36,513 nucleotides of DNA from Myxococcota bacterium (lineage in GTDB: Bacteria > Myxococcota > Myxococcia > Myxococcales > Myxococcaceae), in assembly GCA_049322255.1 (NCBI GenBank), contig JBMORE010000013.1, positions 1-36,513 of the forward strand, read 5' to 3'. How positions within the stretch are numbered: the stretch's first letter is position 1; each line of letters starts with the position of its first letter. Both the position numbers and the translations under genes were made by a program. The notes below the pieces were generated by a model, which had not been told where the DNA came from, made no database searches, and saw nothing but the letters and a program-made list of their open reading frames with translations. Of the stretch, positions 18,536-26,252 are shown piece after piece.

Positions 18536-18629
18536 GGGGCTGCGTTTCCTTCGTCTTCACCCCAAAGTCAAACGAATCGGCCGGCACGCCTTGTGAAACA
18601 CGGTCGCCTGCCAGACACTCGGAGGGCCG

Positions 18630-19946
18630 ATGGCTGCGGGTGAGGAACGCCGCAAGGACGCGCTGATTCTGGGGGGGGTTCGCCGTATCCAACGGCGCCT
18701 CAACGGGGATCTCTACCTGCGCCAGCTGGTGGCTCCCGTCTGGGTCGCGGCCACCGTGCTCGCCCTGTGGCGCTTCTTCCTTCGCAATCATCTGGCGGTG
18801 GCAACGGTGTTGACGCTCGTGTCCACGGCGTTCATCTGGTGGTGGCGGGTGCGCAAGGGACGGGTGCCCCTGTCGCACGCCGCCATCCTCGCCGACCGGT
18901 TGGCCGACGCGGGCGGTTTGCTCCTCACCCGGCTCGAGCTGCCCGTGGGGCAGTGGGAGCTCGGGCTCAACGAACGGGTGCGTGCCTTGCAGCCGCCGGC
19001 GCCAAAGGGTGCGCGGAGCGTGGCAGCAGTGGGTATGGCGCTCCTCTTCTTCGGCGTGGCGATGCTCGTTCCTCTTCCCACCCCCGGGGTGTTGCGGGTC
19101 AACGCGGCGGCGGCGAGCAAGGTGGCGCAGGTGGAGGCTCAGGCCGAAGCGCTCGCCGAAGAAGTCGTGCTCGATGTCTCGGTGGAGAGTGAGCTCGCCC
19201 GGCTGCGCGAGGAGCTCGCCGACCACCCGTTCGACGCCGCTGATTGGGAAGCGGCCGATGGGCTGGAGAGCTCGCTGCAAAAGCAGGCCGCCGAAGCCGC
19301 GGCAAGACTCTCGCGTGCCGCGGAGGCCGCGCGCTCGTTGGAGGAGGCGCTGGGGCAAGCCAACGGCGGCGAAGCGGCTTCGCAGGCGCGAGAAGAGCTC
19401 GAACGAGCGCTGCAAGCATTAGAGCGAGAGTCCGGTGAAACAAGCGGGGCTTCGACTCCGCTCAGCCCGGGCGGAGTCGAGGGCCAGCGCGCTCAAACAT
19501 CGCAGCTTCGGCAAGCGCTGGAGAAGCGGCAGCAAAGCCTCGCCCGCGCGTTCGGTCAGGGCCAGGCGCGGCAGATGGGCCACGCCCAGTCCGGTGAGCA
19601 GCGGCCAGGCGGACAGTCAGGAGGACAGGACGACGGGCATGCCAGTCGCTTGGGTCAAAAAGGAGGCCCCTCGCGCGGAGGCGGTGAGGCCGAGCTGGTC
19701 TTCGGGGCAGAGGCGCGGATGGATCCGGATCGACTGAAGTTCGAGCCGCTCCCCAAAGGTCAAGGCGGGGAAGGAGAGGAGCTGTGGGGCCTGCGCGCGG
19801 CGGATCCCAAGCCGGGTTCGGGGCCCTCGCAGCCGTCGGCCTCCGGGACGAGCGCAGAAGGAGAGCAGGGGGTGGGCCACCAAGACGGGCCGCGCCTGCC
19901 GCGGAACCGGGAGCTCATCAGGCGGTACTTCGATTCACCGAAGTAG
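18630..19946 (+). CDS. Membrane-anchored coiled-coil protein, first gene of the MoxR/vWA operon
   Basis: Three hydrophobic segments, Ala/Glu/Gln helical region, Gly/Gln-rich tail, C-terminal LPRNRELIRRYF. Confidence 0.7.
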   Translation: MAAGEERRKDALILGGVRRIQRRLNGDLYLRQLVAPVWVAATVLALWRFFLRNHLAVATVLTLVSTAFIWWWRVRKGRVPLSHAAILADRLADAGGLLLTRLELPVGQWELGLNERVRALQPPAPKGARSVAAVGMALLFFGVAMLVPLPTPGVLRVNAAAASKVAQVEAQAEALAEEVVLDVSVESELARLREELADHPFDAADWEAADGLESSLQKQAAEAAARLSRAAEAARSLEEALGQANGGEAASQAREELERALQALERESGETSGASTPLSPGGVEGQRAQTSQLRQALEKRQQSLARAFGQGQARQMGHAQSGEQRPGGQSGGQDDGHASRLGQKGGPSRGGGEAELVFGAEARMDPDRLKFEPLPKGQGGEGEELWGLRAADPKPGSGPSQPSASGTSAEGEQGVGHQDGPRLPRNRELIRRYFDSPK

Positions 19947-19956
19947 GAGGCGTGGG

Positions 19957-20949
19957 ATGTCCGAGCTTTTGCAGCCCCCCGAAGTGTCGTCGGCCCAAGA
20001 GACCATCGCCATGCTCAAGGGGGGGCTGAACCAAGTCCTCCTCGACCAGACGCAGGTGGTCGACCGGGTGGTCACCGCGGTGCTCGCGCGCGGCCATCTG
20101 CTCCTCGAGGGTTTGCCGGGGCTGGGGAAGACCGAGCTGTGCAAGGGGCTGGCGCGCCTGCTCGAGCTGCCCTTCAAGCGGGTGCAGTTCACCCCCGACC
20201 TCCTTCCGGGGGACATCACCGGCACCTACGTTCTCGAGGGCGACGCGCGACAGCTCGTCTTCCGCCCCGGGCCCCTCTTCGCCAGCGTGGTGCTTGCCGA
20301 CGAAATCAACCGTTCTTCGCCCAAGACGCAGTCGGCGCTCCTGGAGGCGATGCAGGAGCATTCGGTCACCGTGCTCGGGCACACCCACGCGCTCCCCGAG
20401 CCTTTCTTCGTCCTCGCCACCCAGAACCCCATCGAGCTCGAGGGCACCTATCCGTTGCCCGAGGCGCAGCTCGACCGCTTCCTGTTTCGGGTGCAGGTGC
20501 CTCCGGTGGGAGCCAAGACCTTGGCCACCTTGCTCACCCAGCGCGTGCGCGGGGAGCCGCCGAAGCTTCAGCCGCTCCTCGATGCACAGGCATTGGGCAA
20601 GCTGTTTGCCCTGGTCGACCGGGTGCACCTACCGCAGCCGGTGGCCGAGTTCATCGGTCGGTTGGTGGAGGCGAGCGATCCACGCAGGGAGGGCGCTCCC
20701 GAGGTGGTGCGGCGCTTCGTGCGCTACGGCGCTTCCCCCCGTGCCGCGCTGGCGATGGCGGCCAGTGCGCGCGCGGCGGCCTTGGCCAAGGGCAAGCCCA
20801 ACGTCGGCTTCGACGAGGTGCTGGAGGTGGCTCCCGCAGTGCTCAACCACCGGCTGGTGCTCTCCTACGAGGCGTCGCTGGAGAAGGTGGCCGCCGCCCA
20901 GGTGGTGGAGGAGCTGGTCCGTGCGGTGCCCGAGATCCCCCATGGATGA
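19957..20949 (+). CDS. MoxR-family AAA+ ATPase
   Basis: HLLLEGLPGLGKT (Walker A), RVQFTPDLLPGDITG, LADEINR, ATQNPIELEGTYPLPEAQLDRF, GASPRA; AGGAGG RBS. Confidence 0.96.
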   Translation: MSELLQPPEVSSAQETIAMLKGGLNQVLLDQTQVVDRVVTAVLARGHLLLEGLPGLGKTELCKGLARLLELPFKRVQFTPDLLPGDITGTYVLEGDARQLVFRPGPLFASVVLADEINRSSPKTQSALLEAMQEHSVTVLGHTHALPEPFFVLATQNPIELEGTYPLPEAQLDRFLFRVQVPPVGAKTLATLLTQRVRGEPPKLQPLLDAQALGKLFALVDRVHLPQPVAEFIGRLVEASDPRREGAPEVVRRFVRYGASPRAALAMAASARAAALAKGKPNVGFDEVLEVAPAVLNHRLVLSYEASLEKVAAAQVVEELVRAVPEIPHG

Positions 20950-20967
20950 GTCGAGCGCCGCCCCCGC

Positions 20968-21003
20968 CTCCCTCTCCCTCTGGGAGAGGGTCGGGGTGAG
21001 GGG
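20968..21003 (+). repeat. BoxC-like palindromic repeat, single arm (site a)
   Basis: CTCCCTCTCCC-TCT-GGGAGAGGG-TCGGGGTGAGGG. Confidence 0.9.
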
Positions 21004-22881
21004 CGTGGTCTTGACGTTGGCGCTTTTGCCCGGCACCGCCGTCGCTGGCCAGCTCGATTACACCTTCGCCTCCGTGGACATCGTCTCCGTCGGCGGAGGA
21101 ACGCTCCAGGTCAGCACCGAGAACGGGGCCCTCTCCTCCGACTCAGGGTACGTGCCCTTACGCGTCTTTCTCACCAACTCGGCGCGCGCGGCGCAGACGG
21201 TGCACCTTTCCTTCGACTCCAACATGCCCGGAGCGGCGCCCATCACCCGCACCGTGGAGGTCGACGGGGGCGAGCGGCGGTTCGTGCACTTGTACATCCC
21301 CGCGGAGCTCACCTACGGGGCGCTCAGTGCGCGCGCTCCCGGCATCACCGAGGGAGGGCGCCAGAGCGTGCACTTCAGCAAGGTGACCAACCCTCAGCAA
21401 GCAGTCCTCTCCTTGGGGACGGCGGAGGAATTCGAAACGCTGGTGGAAGAGGGGCCCGTCTACAGCGACCACAAGGTGATGGTGCAGACGGTGCCCGCGC
21501 CGGATGCGCCCCCTGAGCTCGCCGGCTACGTGGGGTACGACGCGGTGGTGCTGCCCGCCACTNNNNNNNNNNNNNNNNNNNNNNNNNNNNNNNNNNNNNN
21601 NNNNNNNNNNNNNNNNNNNNNNNNNNNNNNNNNNNNNNNNNNNNNNNNNNNNNNNNNNNNNNAACGCTGGTGGAAGAGGGGCCCGTCTACAGCGACCACA
21701 AGGTGATGGTGCAGACGGTGCCCGCGCCGGATGCGCCCCCTGAGCTCGCCGGCTACGTGGGGTACGACGCGGTGGTGCTGCCCGCCACTGCCCTCGACGA
21801 GTTGCCCGAGTCGGTCCGCCGCGCGCTCGAGGCCTACGCTGCTACTGGAGGAACGCTGGTGCTGGGCCGGCCCGGCCGCGCGGTGCGAACCCATCTTCCG
21901 CTCTTGGGCGATGTGGCTGCGGGTGGTGAGCCGTACGGTTTCGGCTTCGTCGAGCTCTGTCAGGGCGAGGGCACCTGTCTGCGGAGCCCTCCGCCCTCTC
22001 GTTCCGTCAAGGTTTTGCCCAAGGGTCCTCTGCAGTTGTGGCGGCGGCGGAGCAGTCCCATCCCGCAAGATGCGCTGCTCCCGCAGGCCACCGCCCCGGT
22101 GGGACGTTTTCTCGCCATCATCATCCTCTTCACCTTGGCCATCGGGCCGGGGAGCCTGGTGCTGGCGCGGCGCAAAGGGCCGCCGGTGCTTCTTCTCACC
22201 ATCCCCCTCACCGCCGCCGTCACCTCGTTGGCCATCGTCGGCTACGCACTCTTCAAAGAGGGCTTCGCGGCGCACGCCTCCACCCGCGGAGTCACCTTGC
22301 TCGATACGAAGAACCGGCGCGCCATCACCCTCGGGGTGGCGGCCTTCTACGCCAACCTCTCTCCTGGCGAGGCGCGCTTCTCCTCCACCACCGCCCTCCT
22401 CGTACCCGACAGTCGTGAGTCTGAGGTGCGCTTCGCCGCCGTCGATTGGACCCAAGGTGCCCGCTTCGGCGCCGACTTCGTGCCCTCGCGTACCTACCGC
22501 GAGTGGGGAATTCTCTCCGTCGAGCCCTCCCGCGCCCGCTTGCTGGTGCAAGCCGACGGCGGCGAGGCGCCCCTGGTGAAGAACGCGCTCGGCTCCCGCA
22601 TCCGCCGGGCGAAGTTTCGTTGGAACGATGAGCTGTGGGGGGTGGAGGACCTCGCCGAGGGGGCCGAGGGCCGCGCGGTGCCACGAGGAACACAGGAGGC
22701 CTCCTTCTGGGAGCTCGCAGGCGTCCACCACCGGCTCACCCCGTCCGGGGTCGTCTTGGAGGAGGGGCTGAAAGAGGGCGAGTTTTTGGCCCACGTCGAC
22801 GGGCCCAGCCTTCTGCCTTTGGGCGGAGTGCGCATCCAGCCCCATGACGCCGAGCACCTGATTCGTGGGGAGGTGGAGTGA
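20996..22881 (+). CDS. Exported/membrane protein of the MoxR operon (about 550-570 aa once the gap is collapsed)
   Basis: ORFs on both sides of the gap join in frame when the 127-bp duplicate and Ns are removed; signal-like MRGVVLTLALLPGTAVA from GTG 20996 (alternative ATG 20942); two central TM helices. Confidence 0.7.
21436..21789. other. Assembly gap (100 N, 21563-21662) flanked by an identical 127-bp overlap
   Basis: 21436-21562 is identical to 21663-21789. Confidence 0.95.
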
Positions 22882-23867
22882 TGGCGTTGCTCGAAGTGAA
22901 GGGCCTGACGCGCGAGTTCGGCTCCTTACGCGCGGTGGACGAGGTGAGCTTCACTCTGGAAGAGGGCGTCATCTTGGGCTTCATCGGGCCCAACGGCGCG
23001 GGCAAGAGCACCACCATGCGCATCTTGGCCACGCTCGACGTGCCTACCCAAGGGCAGGTGCTCGTCGGTGGCAAGAGCGCGGTGGAGCGGCCCGACCAGG
23101 TGCGCCCCCTCATCGGGTACATGCCCGACCGCTACGGCACCTACGACGACATGACGGTGTACGAGTTCCTCGACTTCTTCGCTCGCGCTTATCGGCTTCA
23201 TGGCCGGGAGCGAAAGGAGCGGGTAGCTCAGGTGATGGAGTTCACCCGGCTCACCGAGTTGGGCCCAAAGCTCACCAGCGCGCTCTCCAAAGGCATGAAG
23301 CAGCGGGTGGCGCTGGGGCGAACGCTCCTCCACGACCCCAAGCTGCTCATCCTCGACGAGCCGGCGGACGGGCTCGACCCGCGGGCACGCATCGAGCTGC
23401 GCGAGCTGCTCAAGGCGCTCGCCGCCCAGGGCAAGGCGGTGCTCATCTCCAGCCACATCCTCACCGAGCTGTCGGAAATCTGCGACGCCTGCGCCATCAT
23501 CGAGCAGGGGAAGCTGCTCGCCCTCGGGCCGGTGGAGGAGATTTTGGCCCAAAGCCGCGGCGCGGCGGCCTTCAGCGACTTGGTCTTACGGCTTGCGGGA
23601 GCGAACGTGGGGGAGGCGCTCGAGAAGGCAGAGCGGCTCCTCCTCGAGCAGCCGCGCGTGGCCAAGGTGAGCATCGAGGGCAGCGCGGTGCGGGTGCGGG
23701 TGGAGCTGCCTTCCGGTGCTTCGCCGAGCCCGGGGTGGGTGGACGAGGTGGCCGCGGCGCTACTCCGGGCGGTGGTGCAGGCCGAGCTGCCGGTGTGCGC
23801 TCTCTCCACCCAGGAGCTCGACCTCGAGGATGCGTTCATGACGGTGACTCAGGGGAGGGTGCGGTGA
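22881..23867 (+). CDS. ABC transporter ATP-binding protein
   Basis: GPNGAGKST, LSKGMKQR signature, LLILDEP, ISSHIL; GGAGG RBS, TGATG overlap. Confidence 0.95.
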   Translation: MALLEVKGLTREFGSLRAVDEVSFTLEEGVILGFIGPNGAGKSTTMRILATLDVPTQGQVLVGGKSAVERPDQVRPLIGYMPDRYGTYDDMTVYEFLDFFARAYRLHGRERKERVAQVMEFTRLTELGPKLTSALSKGMKQRVALGRTLLHDPKLLILDEPADGLDPRARIELRELLKALAAQGKAVLISSHILTELSEICDACAIIEQGKLLALGPVEEILAQSRGAAAFSDLVLRLAGANVGEALEKAERLLLEQPRVAKVSIEGSAVRVRVELPSGASPSPGWVDEVAAALLRAVVQAELPVCALSTQELDLEDAFMTVTQGRVR

Positions 23868-25360
23868 GCGGGGAATTGGCGCCGGAGCTGACGCCCCTCA
23901 CCCCCACCCTCTCCCAGGGGGAGAGGGAGTTGGGTGACCGCATCAATCCTATTGTGATCAAGGAGGTGCGCCAGGGCCTACGCACCAAAGTTTTTTGGAT
24001 TTGCTTTTCGCTGATGCTCCTGGCGTGCCTGGTCATCTCGCTCATCGCCTTCGCCGTCACCCGCGACGCGGGCACCCAGACGGTGGGGCAGGAGTTCTTC
24101 TTCTCCTACTTCGTCTGCCTGGGGGTGGTGCACTTCTTCGTCATCCCCTACAGCGCGCACCGCTCGCTGGCCAAGGAGCGCGAGGAGGAGACCTGGGTCT
24201 TGCTCACCCTCACCGGCTTGGGCCCGCGGCGCATCCTGCGCGGCAAGCTCGTCTCCTACCTCGTGCAGGCCGCGCTCTACGGCTCGGCGGCGGGGCCGTT
24301 CCTCGTCTTCAGCTATTACTTGAACGGCATCGACCTGCCCACCATCCTCGCGGTGCTCCTCTTGGGAGCGGCCTACCTCGTCTTCCTCACCGCGGCTTCG
24401 GTGAGCGCCGCCACCTTGGCCGAGCACAAAGTCATGCGGGCGCTCGCCCACTTCTTGCTCCTGGGAGTGTTGCTCGGCGGCACCTCGATGGGGCTGGGCA
24501 TCGCCTTCGCGCTCACCGAGGAGGGGCACAGCATCGTCAACGACAAGGACTTTCAGCTCGCCATCGGCATCGGGCTGTGGGCGATGCTCAGCTACGGTCT
24601 GCTCCTCTTCGAGGCGGCGGCGGCGCGGCTGTCGTTGCCCACCGAGAGCTACGCCAAGGGGCCGCGGCTGGCGTTTCTCTTCCAACTCTTGGCCACCGCC
24701 GGTCTCCTCTTCTACCTCTGGCTGCGCGAGGGCCAGGAGCCAGGGGTGGCCGTCGCCGGGCAGATTTTCTTCTGCCTGCACTTGACGGTGGTGGGGTTGT
24801 TTCTCACCAGCGACGTGGACGGACAGGCCCCGTGCCACCGCGACGGCACCGGGCCCTTCTCGCTTTTGCGCCCGGGGGCACTGCGCGGCTTTCGGCTGGT
24901 GATGGTGGCGCTCCTTGCCAGCTCGCTCTTCTTCCTCGTGCTCTTTCTTTTCTCAGAGGAGGCATCGTGGATGACGAGCGACCTGAGCCTCCAGGTGCTC
25001 CTCGCCGCCGGCGCCTACGTGGCGCTCTACCTGTCGATGCCCCTCGTCCTCACCCGCCTGTCCACCTCACCTCGCTGGCGCCAGCCTTTGGTGACCCGGG
25101 TGGTGTTCCTGGCCGTCCTCTTGGTGGGTGCCGGTGTGCCTCCCCTCGTCGGCGCCATCGCCTTCGGTAAGCCGGAGGAGCCGAGCTTGAACCTCTTCAA
25201 TCCGGTGGTGGGGCTCGTCAACCTCGTCGACCGACGGCAGGACGACTTCGGAGCGCTCCTCCTCTTGTGGGCGGTGGCGGCAGCGGCGGTCATCGCGGCG
25301 GACCGCCTGCTCGCCGCACGAGATATTGCTCCCTCTCCCTCTGGGAGAGGGCAAGGGTGA
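23864..25360 (+). CDS. ABC-2-type transporter permease
   Basis: NPIVIKEVRQGLR, KEREEETWVLLTLTGL..RRILRGKL; about 12 hydrophobic helices; GTGA overlap with the ATPase. Confidence 0.85.
   Translation: MSGELAPELTPLTPTLSQGERELGDRINPIVIKEVRQGLRTKVFWICFSLMLLACLVISLIAFAVTRDAGTQTVGQEFFFSYFVCLGVVHFFVIPYSAHRSLAKEREEETWVLLTLTGLGPRRILRGKLVSYLVQAALYGSAAGPFLVFSYYLNGIDLPTILAVLLLGAAYLVFLTAASVSAATLAEHKVMRALAHFLLLGVLLGGTSMGLGIAFALTEEGHSIVNDKDFQLAIGIGLWAMLSYGLLLFEAAAARLSLPTESYAKGPRLAFLFQLLATAGLLFYLWLREGQEPGVAVAGQIFFCLHLTVVGLFLTSDVDGQAPCHRDGTGPFSLLRPGALRGFRLVMVALLASSLFFLVLFLFSEEASWMTSDLSLQVLLAAGAYVALYLSMPLVLTRLSTSPRWRQPLVTRVVFLAVLLVGAGVPPLVGAIAFGKPEEPSLNLFNPVVGLVNLVDRRQDDFGALLLLWAVAAAAVIAADRLLAARDIAPSPSGRGQG
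23885..23929 (-). repeat. BoxC-like palindromic repeat, single inverted arm inside the permease 5' end (site b)
   Basis: GAGCTGACG-CCCCTCACCCCCA-CCCTCTCCC-AGG-GGGAGAGGGAG. Confidence 0.9.
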
Positions 25361-25421
25361 GGGCAGTATGCCCGACGAGCTGACACCCCTCACCCCGACC
25401 CTCTCCCAAAGGGAGAGGGAG
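25329..25421. repeat. Inverted doublet of BoxC-like repeats spanning the permease/DUF58 junction (site c)
   Basis: Arms 25329-25363 and 25386-25421, 22-nt spacer. Confidence 0.92.
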
Positions 25422-26252
25422 GCGGTGGAACGTGCTGCCCAGGGCAAGACGCTGCGGCTGCCGCGGGTACCGCACCGAGGTCGAGTGGGGGAAGTGCGGG
25501 CGGCGTCGGTGGGCAGCTCGATGGAGATGCACGACTTTCGCGCCTACCAGCCGGGAGACGACGTGCGGCATCTCGACTGGAACGCGGTGGCACGCACCGG
25601 TGAGCTCGTGGTGCGCGTGCGCCAGGAAGAGGTGTCTCCCCGGGTGGAGGTGCTCCTCGACGCCTCGCGCTCGATGGCGGTGTCCCCCGTGAAGGCCGAG
25701 CGTTCCACTGAGGTAGCGATGCTTCTGTGCAAGGTCGCCGCGCGACAGGGATTGGAGCCGACCGTACTGGTGACGTCGCGCTCGCCCCGGCGAGCCACTG
25801 GAGGCGGTTGCGAGGCCGTACTGCGAGCCCTCGAGCACGACGCCGCCGATCATCTCCTCGAGGCGCTCCGCCGCTCTCCGCCCCTTCGCCCCTGTGGTCT
25901 TCGCCTGGTGGTGAGTGACTTTCTCTTCGAGGCACCGCTCGACCAACTTGCCCAGCGCCTCTCGGCGCAAGCCTCCGCGCTCGCACTGATTCAGGTTCTC
26001 GACCAAGAAGACACCCGCCCCACCGGAGGCGAAGGCGCGCGCCTGGTGGACGCCGAAACAGGCGAGGTGCTCGAGCGCATTCTGGCGAGCTCGGTGGTGG
26101 AGAGCTACCAGCGGCGGCTGGCGGAGCACCAGCAACTGTTGCGCACAGCCGCCTTTCGGGTGCGGGCCACGCTGGTGACTGCTCCGGCGCAGCCGAGCAT
26201 CGACGTCCTCGCCCGCGGACCGCTCGCTCCGCTGTGGGAGGGCGACCGGTGA
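25368..26252 (+). CDS. DUF58-domain protein (vWA-like, MoxR partner)
   Basis: GSSMEMHDFRAYQPGDDVRHLDWNAVAR, LLDASRSM, VVSDFL. Confidence 0.92.
   Translation: MPDELTPLTPTLSQREREAVERAAQGKTLRLPRVPHRGRVGEVRAASVGSSMEMHDFRAYQPGDDVRHLDWNAVARTGELVVRVRQEEVSPRVEVLLDASRSMAVSPVKAERSTEVAMLLCKVAARQGLEPTVLVTSRSPRRATGGGCEAVLRALEHDAADHLLEALRRSPPLRPCGLRLVVSDFLFEAPLDQLAQRLSAQASALALIQVLDQEDTRPTGGEGARLVDAETGEVLERILASSVVESYQRRLAEHQQLLRTAAFRVRATLVTAPAQPSIDVLARGPLAPLWEGDR

Noticed and set aside
21436..21789. Apparent 127-bp tandem duplication and split gene around the N run
   Set aside because: An exact 127-bp overlap flanking exactly 100 Ns is typical of an unmerged scaffold join (k-mer-sized overlap). Collapsing it restores one reading frame, so it is treated as an artefact.
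22865..23863. 831-aa ORF suggesting a long N-terminal extension of the permease
   Set aside because: The first 333 codons overlap the ABC ATPase in another frame; the real start is the GTGA-coupled GTG at 23864.
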